64,000 nucleotides of DNA from a virus: positions 1-64,000 of the IMG/VR virus record IMGVR_UViG_3300043449_002204; one strand, given 5' to 3'. The notes below the pieces were generated by a model. The model ran no database searches. It saw only the letters and a list, made by a program, of their open reading frames with translations, and was not told the origin of the DNA. A program made the position numbers and the translations under genes. Shown here piece after piece: positions 53,919 to 64,000 of the stretch (position 1 is the stretch's first letter; each line of letters begins with the position of its first letter).

Positions 53919-53926
53919 TATAAATA
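53919..53926 (-). promoter_or_regulatory. TATTTATA motif, putative phage late promoter
   Basis: 12 nt upstream of the ATG at 53906. Confidence 0.5.
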
Positions 53927-53934
53927 TCTAATTG

Positions 53935-56900
53935 TTAAATAAAAACAGTACTTGTTACTAATTCAGTTTTTCCTGTTCTTGAGGTGTCGGGACTTCCATC
54001 AGCAAATACCGGTACCAAATCAATGTTAAACCTAATTTTTTCTACCAAATCATCACAATCTATGTCAAACTGAATTTCTTCAAGTGATATGAATGTTTCT
54101 TGTACATTACTACCAATTGGTGGGTCAAATATTCTAAGATTGGATTCTGTAGGCCCGAAAGCACAACTTGCCGGGGCGAGGACTCTATATGTAATTAAAT
54201 ATATTGCCCATTTCTGTCCTGTTGTATCGTTAATCCTTACATCCCATCCTCTTTCGCCAGTAGTTCTTTGTGTTAATGTTACTATAGATGGTGGTTGAGT
54301 TGGTGCCTGTGGATTTAATTGACCAATTACTTGCTTGTATTGAGATATCGCGTCTTTAATTTTTACTTCCAAGTTACTTAAATCAGCTGGTGGGTAAGAA
54401 TTATACACACTTTCTCTACCCGAAGTGTTACTAGCAAAATTAATAATCCAAAACTTAGCAATTTCTTTTTCAGTAGAGTTGTCAGGTAAACTCACCATTC
54501 TATTTTTCCATCTTTCAACTAAAAATAAAATACTATTATCAATATTATCAAAAGTTGCATATGGTTTATTTTCCGATGTACAGAAAAACGATTTTCTAAA
54601 ATATGGACTATCACCCCAATTTTCTTCGATATTTAAACCTATAAAATTATTATTGTTTGACTTAAATCCTGTTCCATTATATGATGTTAGATATATTGAT
54701 GAGAATACAGTCAATGACAAATTAACTTGTTGTGTACTGGTTATGTTAGTTGTCTTAACGTATGAATTAATTTTATCAATAATAGTTCTAAGTGTTTCTG
54801 AAGTACTCCTAACATCCTCCTTAACAAATGTTGAATAGTTAGTATTTGCGGTACATGATTGATTTGCAGATGCGGTACTTGCAGTTTTATCTTTTGAATC
54901 TGAATTTGTTTGGTTTTGTTGTGATTTAACATTTTCTGCCTCTTTTTGAGCTTTGTCAACCGCCTCTTTTTGTCTTTTACTTTCCTCAATTATTGAATTT
55001 AATAAATTAGTTTTCAGTATCTGTAAAAAATTATCAATCTTTGGTAACGATGCCGTTGGTTGTCTAATACCCTCAATAATTGTTTCAAAACTACCAGGAT
55101 TTATTGTATGATTTACTTTTAAAATCATATACGGACCACTAAACATAGGTACGTGTCTCAAATTAAAATACATTGTAGGTTGTATCATAGCATTACCCAT
55201 CATACTTATCGTACAAGCATAACTTCTATTTTTATACAAATTATATAAAGATAGATTTTGTGTTGCAACCGCTCTATTACCCGCCTGATTTGCCATTTGA
55301 TTTAAAATCTCTAAAGACTCAGCAGTACTTTGACTATTACCTTGGTTGACATTAAATCCATAAAATATGGATTGATTTTGTGGACCTATATCAACACTAA
55401 AACCAACGACTTTATTTGACTTATCCCAATCTTCCTTACCTATTTGATTTTCCGACAAAGGATTACTCGATGATTTGGTAATCTCAAATGCATCATCCCT
55501 AAATCTAAAATCAACATTATCTTTAATGTCAACAATTTCACTAGGTTTACCCCCATAAAAACAAACCATTTTTGCCGATGAATCACGATAATCGACATTC
55601 ATAAATGTACCGAACAAATTATTTGCAAAATCTGAAGTACTATCTAATCTTGGTTTAGCGTTCTTTTGAGCATCTTGAATATTATAGAAATTAACGTAAG
55701 ATGGTATGTTCATTACCACAAAATTATTTTCAACCAATATAGAGCTTACAAAATCAAGCATATTTTTGGTGGGGTCTATTGTCATAAGTCTATTTCTTAG
55801 TTTGTAAATGTCACATAAAACAACATCTCCAATATTTCTACTTGCTCTGTCTAATAATAGGACATCCTCGAACAATGTTTTTTGTTTAAAGTCATTACCA
55901 GCAATCCACTTATCATTAATTGCCTTAAATGTTTCCCAAAGGTCCACTTTACTTTGTGGTCCCTCAAGCGCAGAATCTACTACTACTTCAGATTTAATAC
56001 TAACATCAGGTAATTTATTTCGTAACTTAATAAATAAACTATCAAGTATTTTATTTTGGAATTCATCTATCGTTCTTGTATATGCGTCAAATGAAGTTGA
56101 TAATTTAGTCTTACTCCACTTACCTTGTGGATTAGGTGTTGACGGATATTGAGGTACTGGTGCGGTATATCTATCTATGATTGGGGGGTCCTCAAGTCCT
56201 TGAGTTGTATATATCTCAAATAAAGCCTCATTTACTAGTCCTATATTACCCGCAGTTTTACTTATTTTTTCTCCTGTCCAAATATTTTCGTTATTTTCAT
56301 TTACAAAAACTGCAAATTTTCTTGGCCCTGGTGGACCATAAATAATAACTTTACTTCCACCTGAAAAAGTAAATATTTCTAGTATATTTTCATTAACTGG
56401 TTGTGTTGATGGTAATACAGGAGGTATCGGGTCAACTTGGAATTGATTTAATTTTTGTGTTACATAAATTTTAATTACGGTTGCTAAATTCTTAATATTG
56501 TTCTCGGTAAACGCAACATCAAAATCTATAAAAAAATCTGTTATATAAGAACCATTGTCTGAATAAGATACGCTAGATATATCCGAGAATCCAACATACG
56601 TTTCCAAGGCTTTCCAAGCATCAGGATAATTTGCCTTGGATTCTGTTACGGTAACGTCTCCACCACTAGACGGTAATGCGTTTGGTGTTTTTTCTTTATA
56701 ACTTTCCCAAGTATATGGGTCTTGAATTTTTGTAGATGTAAATGAATAAAAAAGTTTTTTATCATAGTTTGTTGGATTACCAAATTTGAATGCCGTGTCG
56801 TAAGTTAAAAATTTAGTTAGTACATTACCAATATTTGATGTTTGTCTATTTTGTACCTCAACAATAATTTGGTCTCCTGTAAATCCAGTTACTTTTGGTA

Positions 56901-59900
56901 CTGTCATTAAACTAGTAAACAACGTTTGGAAGTTTTTAAAATTTGAATTAAGTGCTCCGTCAATGTTAGTTTGTTGGGTGGTTGAGGTGGTCGCAGTAGT
57001 TGCAGTTGAGGTACTTTGATTAGCTTGTTGACTAAAATTATCCGTCATTGCCATTGGTTTAATTAAACCACTATCAACATAATCGTATTTACAAACTGAA
57101 AAATTTAAAAACTCTTCTTCAAATTTATCTAAAACTTCTTTTTCAAAAACTGAAAAAATATCGCTAATTTTTGTATATGTTGGTGTCGCATTTAACGTAA
57201 AATGATTTTGTTCTTCTTGATTTATAAAGATTGTTTTTAAATATTCTTCAGGTGAAGGTTTTATTAAATTATCTAAATCAAAATACCCATAATTAGGTGC
57301 CGCCCAAAACATTCTAACGGAGCCATTATACATTGCGGTATTATTATTAACTTCCTTGACAATCTTCCCATTTTTAAAACATTCATCCTGTGTTTGATTA
57401 TAAGTCGAACCCTGTGATGGAAATACAAATTGATTAACTCTATTTTTATCCTCAACTAAAATACTCCAAGGTATAATTCTCAAATCACGTAAAAGATTTG
57501 TATCATCAAAACCTTCAGCATAATCAATTAAAGATTCTTGTGAATAATTTAAACTAAGCCCTTTTAATAAGGCATCTTGTACTGATTGGTCACTATATGG
57601 AACATTATTTGCGTTAGAGATTGTAAATGAAACGTTACTAACATTTTGATTTGTTGTAATTAAATAAGTACCAGGTCCACCAGGTAATCCACTAGTTTGT
57701 GATAAAATTTGAGTTCCACCATTAATACCGTTTCCTAAAAATTCATAACCTGTTTGTAACGAGTTATGATTTACTGTTAATACTGTCAAAACATTATCAA
57801 CAATACTACAAGTACCATTAATAGTTTCACTTGTATCAATAATATTATATCCTTGGAAAAACACATTAAAATCATTAATCAATTTTGGATAAAATCCTGT
57901 ATTAATTAACGACGATGTTTCTGCTCCAAATACTGTATCTTTTTGAAGTGTAATATCGAATGGGGCCCCGTTTAAAATTAATCCGTAATTTCTTGCAGGA
58001 TTTGAATTCAATGGGTCAAAGTTTTGGCTAGAATTAAAATTTGCCCAAGATACGGATAATATATCGGTTCCTTTATCAACGTACTCTTTATATCTATGCC
58101 ATATTGACCCTATTTTTAAAATCCAAGGATATGGTACTCTATGTAATGCCCCAAATTTCTTTAATGATGCGAATATATAATTTAACGATGTACTAAAAAC
58201 TCCTTCATCATTTGATGTTTCAAATGTTTGATATTTTTCTCGTAGTGTTGGTAATGGTAGTGAATTTAAAAATAAATAAGCCGGTACTTTATATGGATGT
58301 TTATCAAAATTCCTAAATTTATCAACCCCCTCAACTATTGAATTGACAAAAAACGGAGTATTAAATATTGAGGTGGTTTGAGCACTTAACACCAATCCAT
58401 TATAGTCAGTATAGTTAACATTACCTTCAGTAACTAATTGTTTTTTTGGTGTTCTTCCACCATAAAATGTAACAATATTTTCACCATTTACAGTTGGTAC
58501 TTTATTATTCTTGTAAATAAAGTTAGTAACTAATCTTTTTTGGTCTTGAGTTGTCGCGTCTAAAAAATTTGTAATTATTTTTTTAGTAGTATTAAATGTT
58601 AATACTTTACCTGTTGAAAAAGCCTGTTTTGCATCTGAAGCTGATTGTCCATTTGCCAAACCTTGTTTACACCAAACATTACTTGTAAATGGATATATAT
58701 CAGTTAAATCAAAAACATTTGATAAAGATTGACTAGATATAAAATCAACCATATCTTGTTCTTTTTCTAAACTTAATAATGGTTCTGATATTGGTGCTAA
58801 TAATGTTCCTAAATCTAAAAATTCAAATTCAGAATTTGTAGTTAAATTCTTAATATAACTAGTATTGAATATTGCTCTTAAATAATTTTGCCAGCTTTGT
58901 CCTGTACCATCATTAGAAAAATGTCTCAATGTCTGTAAATAATTTGCAGAGTTAAACCCGTAGTTTTTTAATTTTTCTAACAAAAATGGATTATTCGTTC
59001 CTAAACTTTTTGTGATATTTTCAGTTTCAGCATCTGCAATTAAATCTACTATCTTGTCTAACTCTGATAAAGAGTCGATACTTCTTGATAACTTTGAATA
59101 ATTTGAAGTGAGGAATACTCTTTCATAAATTTCAAAAAAGAATTTTATCTCTTCTTTATTAAAGAAAACTCCATTGTTGATTGGGAATTCAATCGCATTA
59201 AATGATATTCTTTTTGGTTCAGTTAATTCATTAAAATTAGTTACCTGATTTTGCGGTGGTTGAGTTCTTTCAACGTATCCTTTAATAAATTCTTCCTCGA
59301 ATTCTATTTCAGGCCACACATCGTATAAGAAACCTTGTGTTCTTTGTATCACATCTCCATCACCAGGATATTTGATTTGATATTGTTCTTGACCTTTATC
59401 TCCTGTTGTTGCAATCAAAAATTGTGGCCAAGGGTAAACAGGTGTTTCGTTATCTACACCAGGATTTAACGCGTCTTGTGAAGCGCTTTCAACCTGTTTA
59501 TCAAATATGGCGTTTTTTCTTGCGGGGTGATTCCTTTGATTCCAAGCTTCTCTATGAGTATCATCCATTAATCTAATAAACGCCTCACCATTCGCAAAAA
59601 CAACCGCTAAAACATTCCTAATTGTTGGTACAAATCCAATACCGTTATTTGAATTTTGTAATAAATTAGATAAAGCCTTAGTTAGTTCTTCCTCTATTTG
59701 AATTTTAAAGGCCTTTAGTTTTTTTTCTAACTGGTCTATTTCTCCAAAAAAAGTTGGGTCCAAAAAATTAGAAACATTATTTATAATTTCATTGGTATTA
59801 TTTTCAAATGCAAAATATTGATAAACTATTTTAGGTTGTCCATCTTTTAATGTCGTATCCGAAGCGTTAAATAAGTTTCTTTTTGCAAAATCGGCCTTTA

Positions 59901-61320
59901 GTTCATTAATTTGGGTCGCCCCTGTTGCGGGAAAACCTTTTATTGTTCTAAACGTTTCTTCGAAATCTATCTCATTTTCACTTTGGAATGTTCTTAAAAA
60001 AGTTTTATCATATGTTATTTTAACGGGTATAGCCGAGCGTACTTCATTATTATCTATCTTATACGAACCCTTTTCACCTAATGTTTCATTTGCCTTTAAT
60101 TTACCATTGTATTTATCAATAAGGCTTTTAAGTTCCGCAATTGCGTTTTGTTTTTGTTCTGCGTTTAAATTAGATTTAAACGAATATATTTTAGTTTTAA
60201 ATCCGTTAGCTAATATAAATGGAGCGGTGGTATCCATGTATTTATTAAACCATGAAACCGATTGAGCATTATAAACATCTCTAGTATAATCATTAATTGT
60301 TCTTTGATATGTTTCGATGTCAGTTAACGGATTTAAATTTTGTTTTGTAAAATTATCTAAAACATTTTTAACAAAATTTTCAATTCTATATTGTAGTTGT
60401 ATTAATGTTATTTCAGGAAAATCATCTGAAATTAATCCTTTTGATTTATATTCGGAATATAGTTCTTTAACTTTTTCATACCCTATTTCGGCAAAACTTT
60501 GTTTGACTGGTGAGGTTGACGAACCACCACTTTCCAATGTTTTAACTTGTACACTAGATTTAAACATATGGGGAGTTGCCAATAACATACCCATTGATAT
60601 TTCAGTTAACATAGTGTATTTGTATGTGTAAAATACCAATGAAACTTCAAAATTACTAGTACTTGTATCGTATCGAGTGTTAAAGTTTTGAAGCATTAAT
60701 TCTAACCTAACCGCTTTACCATAATATCCTTTTAGGGTTAAGGTAAACTTTGGATATGGCAAATTAAAAAACGCGGCGTATGGTGAGTTATTACCTGATT
60801 CAAACATCGCTCGTCCTTTAATATCAACAAGCTGAACCGATATTACAGGTAAAAATGATGTATCTAACTTAACTGTTATATTTGTAATCCCAAGTAATCC
60901 GTTATCAACCGAGCCAGGTTTTCCTCCTGAACTTATTGTCTGTCTTACATAAAAATCATTACTTTTATTCGGATTAGATATTGCATTTTTCTTTGGTTGA
61001 TTAACTCCTTCACCTTTTACGGTATCTTTTCCTGTTATCTCATCTGTATATGAATTATCTAAAAATGTTTTGTCACCAGGTTTTAAAAAGTTGATTGATG
61101 CAATCGATACTGTCTGTATACTATCATTGTTTGCAACCCCTAAAGCGAGTTTTGTTCTTGGTAACATTTTACATTCCAAGTTGGCATAAAATACCAAGTC
61201 CTCTTGATTTACATATCTTTCTTTAACTTTACCTTCTTCGTCAACAACTTTATTTGGGTCAACTATGGTAATATTATTATAATCAAATTCCGTTAAAATA
61301 TTTTCTGGTTTACCTACCAT
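53935..61320 (-). CDS. 2461-aa giant baseplate hub-like protein (gp27/GPD-like ends) with a C-terminal lysozyme-like region
   Basis: N-terminal LGITNITVK..LPVISVQLVD...KGYYG and late ISMMGNAMIQPTMYFNL..VPMFSGPYMILKVNHTI..FETIIEGIR; follows a gp53-like gene. Confidence 0.65.
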   Translation of the reverse strand: MVGKPENILTEFDYNNITIVDPNKVVDEEGKVKERYVNQEDLVFYANLECKMLPRTKLALGVANNDSIQTVSIASINFLKPGDKTFLDNSYTDEITGKDTVKGEGVNQPKKNAISNPNKSNDFYVRQTISSGGKPGSVDNGLLGITNITVKLDTSFLPVISVQLVDIKGRAMFESGNNSPYAAFFNLPYPKFTLTLKGYYGKAVRLELMLQNFNTRYDTSTSNFEVSLVFYTYKYTMLTEISMGMLLATPHMFKSSVQVKTLESGGSSTSPVKQSFAEIGYEKVKELYSEYKSKGLISDDFPEITLIQLQYRIENFVKNVLDNFTKQNLNPLTDIETYQRTINDYTRDVYNAQSVSWFNKYMDTTAPFILANGFKTKIYSFKSNLNAEQKQNAIAELKSLIDKYNGKLKANETLGEKGSYKIDNNEVRSAIPVKITYDKTFLRTFQSENEIDFEETFRTIKGFPATGATQINELKADFAKRNLFNASDTTLKDGQPKIVYQYFAFENNTNEIINNVSNFLDPTFFGEIDQLEKKLKAFKIQIEEELTKALSNLLQNSNNGIGFVPTIRNVLAVVFANGEAFIRLMDDTHREAWNQRNHPARKNAIFDKQVESASQDALNPGVDNETPVYPWPQFLIATTGDKGQEQYQIKYPGDGDVIQRTQGFLYDVWPEIEFEEEFIKGYVERTQPPQNQVTNFNELTEPKRISFNAIEFPINNGVFFNKEEIKFFFEIYERVFLTSNYSKLSRSIDSLSELDKIVDLIADAETENITKSLGTNNPFLLEKLKNYGFNSANYLQTLRHFSNDGTGQSWQNYLRAIFNTSYIKNLTTNSEFEFLDLGTLLAPISEPLLSLEKEQDMVDFISSQSLSNVFDLTDIYPFTSNVWCKQGLANGQSASDAKQAFSTGKVLTFNTTKKIITNFLDATTQDQKRLVTNFIYKNNKVPTVNGENIVTFYGGRTPKKQLVTEGNVNYTDYNGLVLSAQTTSIFNTPFFVNSIVEGVDKFRNFDKHPYKVPAYLFLNSLPLPTLREKYQTFETSNDEGVFSTSLNYIFASLKKFGALHRVPYPWILKIGSIWHRYKEYVDKGTDILSVSWANFNSSQNFDPLNSNPARNYGLILNGAPFDITLQKDTVFGAETSSLINTGFYPKLINDFNVFFQGYNIIDTSETINGTCSIVDNVLTVLTVNHNSLQTGYEFLGNGINGGTQILSQTSGLPGGPGTYLITTNQNVSNVSFTISNANNVPYSDQSVQDALLKGLSLNYSQESLIDYAEGFDDTNLLRDLRIIPWSILVEDKNRVNQFVFPSQGSTYNQTQDECFKNGKIVKEVNNNTAMYNGSVRMFWAAPNYGYFDLDNLIKPSPEEYLKTIFINQEEQNHFTLNATPTYTKISDIFSVFEKEVLDKFEEEFLNFSVCKYDYVDSGLIKPMAMTDNFSQQANQSTSTATTATTSTTQQTNIDGALNSNFKNFQTLFTSLMTVPKVTGFTGDQIIVEVQNRQTSNIGNVLTKFLTYDTAFKFGNPTNYDKKLFYSFTSTKIQDPYTWESYKEKTPNALPSSGGDVTVTESKANYPDAWKALETYVGFSDISSVSYSDNGSYITDFFIDFDVAFTENNIKNLATVIKIYVTQKLNQFQVDPIPPVLPSTQPVNENILEIFTFSGGSKVIIYGPPGPRKFAVFVNENNENIWTGEKISKTAGNIGLVNEALFEIYTTQGLEDPPIIDRYTAPVPQYPSTPNPQGKWSKTKLSTSFDAYTRTIDEFQNKILDSLFIKLRNKLPDVSIKSEVVVDSALEGPQSKVDLWETFKAINDKWIAGNDFKQKTLFEDVLLLDRASRNIGDVVLCDIYKLRNRLMTIDPTKNMLDFVSSILVENNFVVMNIPSYVNFYNIQDAQKNAKPRLDSTSDFANNLFGTFMNVDYRDSSAKMVCFYGGKPSEIVDIKDNVDFRFRDDAFEITKSSSNPLSENQIGKEDWDKSNKVVGFSVDIGPQNQSIFYGFNVNQGNSQSTAESLEILNQMANQAGNRAVATQNLSLYNLYKNRSYACTISMMGNAMIQPTMYFNLRHVPMFSGPYMILKVNHTINPGSFETIIEGIRQPTASLPKIDNFLQILKTNLLNSIIEESKRQKEAVDKAQKEAENVKSQQNQTNSDSKDKTASTASANQSCTANTNYSTFVKEDVRSTSETLRTIIDKINSYVKTTNITSTQQVNLSLTVFSSIYLTSYNGTGFKSNNNNFIGLNIEENWGDSPYFRKSFFCTSENKPYATFDNIDNSILFLVERWKNRMVSLPDNSTEKEIAKFWIINFASNTSGRESVYNSYPPADLSNLEVKIKDAISQYKQVIGQLNPQAPTQPPSIVTLTQRTTGERGWDVRINDTTGQKWAIYLITYRVLAPASCAFGPTESNLRIFDPPIGSNVQETFISLEEIQFDIDCDDLVEKIRFNIDLVPVFADGSPDTSRTGKTELVTSTVFI

Positions 61321-61636
61321 AGTAGAAGAAATGGTTTTCTAATGCGTTTTTATAGTCTTGTAATGAAGCTACTAAAGGAAAAGGAATTGTCAATATAGAA
61401 CCATCGGCAATATTCCATTCTTGTCCTCCGTATATTGGGTTGGCCATCAATATTAACCATCCAAAATATGGAGCGCCATAGTACTGTTGTGATATTTTAT
61501 CCAATCTAGTCTGACCTATTTTATATATAAATCTTTTATCGGTAGATTTACTAGGTAAATTAACATAAGGTACAACAGTCTGTTGTCCATTAATAACAAA
61601 ATTGTTATATCTATTATAATATTGTCTGCCGGCCAT
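61310..61636 (-). CDS. Baseplate wedge protein, gp53/LysM-like
   Basis: RLDKISQQYYGAPYFGWLILMANP...GSILTIP signature. Confidence 0.8.
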   Translation of the reverse strand: MAGRQYYNRYNNFVINGQQTVVPYVNLPSKSTDKRFIYKIGQTRLDKISQQYYGAPYFGWLILMANPIYGGQEWNIADGSILTIPFPLVASLQDYKNALENHFFYYGR

Positions 61637-61638
61637 CT

Positions 61639-63999
61639 TTATTTAAATTTAAATGGATTTAAATATAAGTCTTTAATTTTTTCACCATTTGCCTGAACAT
61701 CGGCATTTGGTGTTGTATTATAATCACATTTTCTTAACTTACCTTTGACATATAATTTTTCATCTAAACCATCAACAAAACCTTTATATTCAGAATCTCT
61801 TTTTAAATCTTTAAAGTATTTTTCTTCATCCCTCTTTTCTTTTTTATACCTATCGCCAACATCGTCAACAATTCTTCTAACCCTTCTTGCTAATTGATTG
61901 TCTCCTTCAACACCCTTTAAAAGGGCGGTGTTAAATTCATCTAGTTTTGTATTATTTGTCAATATATCGGCTATTACAATATAAAAATATTTATCATACT
62001 CATCAATTAATTCACTATTAGAGAATGGTTGTTCAAAATCACCATCATAATAAGTATTAGTAAATACCGCATATGTTACCGTCATTAAATCATCAAAATC
62101 AGGTAATAAATCTATGAAGCTTTGAAAATCTTCTCTTAACTCATCTAAGGTATCGGCTGGTGCGGTTTCGCTAGCCGCTGAAACCTCACTAGTTCCTGAA
62201 ATATTATATACTCTTGGTACATTACCTGATAATAATTTACCATCGATTGCTTGTGAAACTAAACTAACTTTTCTAACTGTTTGATAAAAATCTTGTTGGA
62301 AAATTGTAATTCCTTGTACTATCGTAGATACGTTATTAGAAAATGTAGGTTGTAATGCCTTTAAATAATTATTTAAATTATTTTTAAGATTATCTAAAAT
62401 AATACCGCTATACGAACTTCCGTGTTTAACAACAAACTCACTAATAATTGGATTGTATTCTTCATTAACTGATTCAATGTTTGATTGAAATAATGAATTT
62501 ATACTTGTTTCATAGTCAGATGGGTTACCGTATATTTTTACAACATTATCGTCTCCTCCATTTTTAGTTGGTAAATCAGTGCTTGATGAATTAATATCTC
62601 TTCTATCATTAAGTAATGTTAATAATCCATAGTTATTTTGTAGTACTACTTTTTCTAATTGATTAACTATTGTTGTAAAATAATCTTTGGTATTATCATA
62701 CAATTTATCCATAATATCTTTATATCCAATCTCACCTGTTTGCCCACTAGCAACAGGAATATTAGTTATAATAGTACCAATAGTAGAACCACCATCATTT
62801 GGTTGTTGGTTATTAACGTCTGCGGCTGTTGCCGGTTGTTCTCCGTCTAATACACCTTGTACTAATGTTTTGTCTAAAGCTGAAGTATCTTCAGTAAATA
62901 CCGCTCTTTCATCATAAACTTCAGTATTACCATAATAGTTAAATGATAATGCGTTTTGTAATTGCTCAACAGGTTTAGCAATACCTTGTCCTCCAATTAT
63001 ATTAAAGGACATTGATATGTTTGCTAACATAGGTTGTACTCCAATTCCCTCAGGATTTAAGTCAAACACTAAAGGTTCATAACCAATCTGCAAACTTGTC
63101 GGTATTATCTTGGTATGAAAAAAGTCACCAATTCTTAATATAAGAACAGGTGGAGCACCAAATGAAGTATTAACCGCATCATTATATTTTGGATTACCGT
63201 CAGTGCCAATTACAGGTATTGTTTCACCAGGTCTAACACATTGATTTAAAAATGTTAATCGAGCATTTAATCCTTCAGGTGTCATCGAGTGAAATGCCGG
63301 ATTAAAGTATTTTACTTTTTCCTGTATTGAATCGTACACAAACGGGTTAGTCTCTTTAATAACCTCAAAATAATCACATTCAGAAAATAATTGTCTTAAT
63401 ATTTTTTTACCAATACCATCTTTTAATTTTTTAACAATATCTACAGTTGGTTGTGGTTGTGGCGGATATTGGGTTATTGTGGTCGCGGAAGTTCTAGTTT
63501 CAGTAGTCTTTACAGGAGTTGGGTCAGGTTTAGGTGGTGGTGGGGGTGGTGGTGATGGTACAACATTTATATTAGATATTCTAACTCTTCTGCAAGCCAT
63601 TGCACTAACAGAGTATGTTTGTGAATTAGTAGTTACTTTATTATTTTTATCTTTGATATCCTCAGTACAATTTACAGACCCTTGAGTTCCTGAATCCCTG
63701 CTTTGTTCAGTTGTTGTTCCGGTTGTTACTTCACTGGAATATTGAGGTATCGTGATTGATTCGCCAGCACCTTGTTCAGATATTATTTTAAAAGTTTGGT
63801 CATCTAAGTATTGTCCAAATCGATTATTTCTAAAATAATTTTTTATAGAATCAATTCGTCTTTTTGATAATGCTTCGTTATATTGAGGACTCGCCGTTGC
63901 TGAGGCCGAACCAACCATAGTAATACTAATAGTTCCTTTTTTATTTTCTAAAATATCTAAAGCTTCAGGTATAAATCCTGTTTGTATTGTTCTATAATT
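61639..63999 (-). CDS. Tail/baseplate protein, 5' truncated: an OmpA-C-like domain fused to a tail-tube-initiator-like domain
   Basis: The frame stays open to the window end. OmpA-like GSAS..YNEALSKRRIDSIKNYF..GES..RRVRI; tube-initiator-like APPVLILRIGDF..KIIPTSLQIGY..QPMLANISMSF. Confidence 0.65.
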   Translation of the reverse strand, partial: NYRTIQTGFIPEALDILENKKGTISITMVGSASATASPQYNEALSKRRIDSIKNYFRNNRFGQYLDDQTFKIISEQGAGESITIPQYSSEVTTGTTTEQSRDSGTQGSVNCTEDIKDKNNKVTTNSQTYSVSAMACRRVRISNINVVPSPPPPPPPKPDPTPVKTTETRTSATTITQYPPQPQPTVDIVKKLKDGIGKKILRQLFSECDYFEVIKETNPFVYDSIQEKVKYFNPAFHSMTPEGLNARLTFLNQCVRPGETIPVIGTDGNPKYNDAVNTSFGAPPVLILRIGDFFHTKIIPTSLQIGYEPLVFDLNPEGIGVQPMLANISMSFNIIGGQGIAKPVEQLQNALSFNYYGNTEVYDERAVFTEDTSALDKTLVQGVLDGEQPATAADVNNQQPNDGGSTIGTIITNIPVASGQTGEIGYKDIMDKLYDNTKDYFTTIVNQLEKVVLQNNYGLLTLLNDRRDINSSSTDLPTKNGGDDNVVKIYGNPSDYETSINSLFQSNIESVNEEYNPIISEFVVKHGSSYSGIILDNLKNNLNNYLKALQPTFSNNVSTIVQGITIFQQDFYQTVRKVSLVSQAIDGKLLSGNVPRVYNISGTSEVSAASETAPADTLDELREDFQSFIDLLPDFDDLMTVTYAVFTNTYYDGDFEQPFSNSELIDEYDKYFYIVIADILTNNTKLDEFNTALLKGVEGDNQLARRVRRIVDDVGDRYKKEKRDEEKYFKDLKRDSEYKGFVDGLDEKLYVKGKLRKCDYNTTPNADVQANGEKIKDLYLNPFKFK

Positions 64000-64000
64000 G

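Larger units (their letters stand above)
1..64000. mobile_element. Segment of a large lytic-type tailed phage genome (myovirus-like), probable Bacteroidota host
   Basis: gp25-, gp6-, gp53- and gp27-like baseplate genes occur with a gp32-like SSB, UvsX/RecA, DnaB-like helicase, 5'-3' exonuclease and NrdAB. Intergenic gaps are tiny and there are no cellular housekeeping genes or integrase. Confidence 0.92.

Noticed and set aside
22885-63685. Short + strand ORFs opposite the - strand operon (e.g. 43746-44144, 53160-53693, 54425-54838) and short alternate-frame ORFs
   Set aside because: They overlap well-supported genes and show no recognisable motifs or initiation signals.
41479-63999. T6SS or extracellular contractile injection system
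   Set aside because: The baseplate genes are interleaved with phage replication genes, and there are no TssJLM, ClpV or host genes.
1-64000. Stop-codon reassignment, as in some large phages
   Set aside because: Standard-code ORFs tile the window almost completely, and TAG (18993-18995) and TGA (41479-41481) end genes at sensible positions.

Overview
This is an AT-rich, gene-dense 64 kb segment of a large tailed (myovirus-like) bacteriophage, read in the standard genetic code. A Bacteroidota host is inferred from SprB-like repeats, the RNR type and start regions lacking Shine-Dalgarno sites. The + strand block (1-18992) holds two giant proteins (>1430 aa, truncated at the left edge, and 4033 aa), a small Cys-rich protein and two paralogous fibre-like proteins. 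The giants are built from strictly alternating (Thr-x)n linkers that carry Cys-rich modules, lectin-like domains and eight ~240-aa propeller-like repeats. The - strand block (18993-64000) holds tail and baseplate genes (OmpA-like/tube-initiator fusion, gp53/LysM-like, giant gp27-like hub, gp25, gp6, gpI/gp7-like wedge, PKD and SprB-repeat proteins, tail-collar-like protein) and a terminal RuvC-like resolvase. A DNA-metabolism cassette (ssb, recA/uvsX, 5'-3' exonuclease, DnaB-like helicase, nrdB, nrdA) interrupts the baseplate genes. The best candidate for a new system is a modular, mucin-like virion adhesin family. Its modules are shared across both operons, and its cysteines are gained and lost in pairs, which suggests disulfide bonds. 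A TATTTAT(A) motif precedes seven genes. No tRNA, rRNA, CRISPR array, intron or intein was seen. All functional calls come from motif recognition by eye; no database searches were run.
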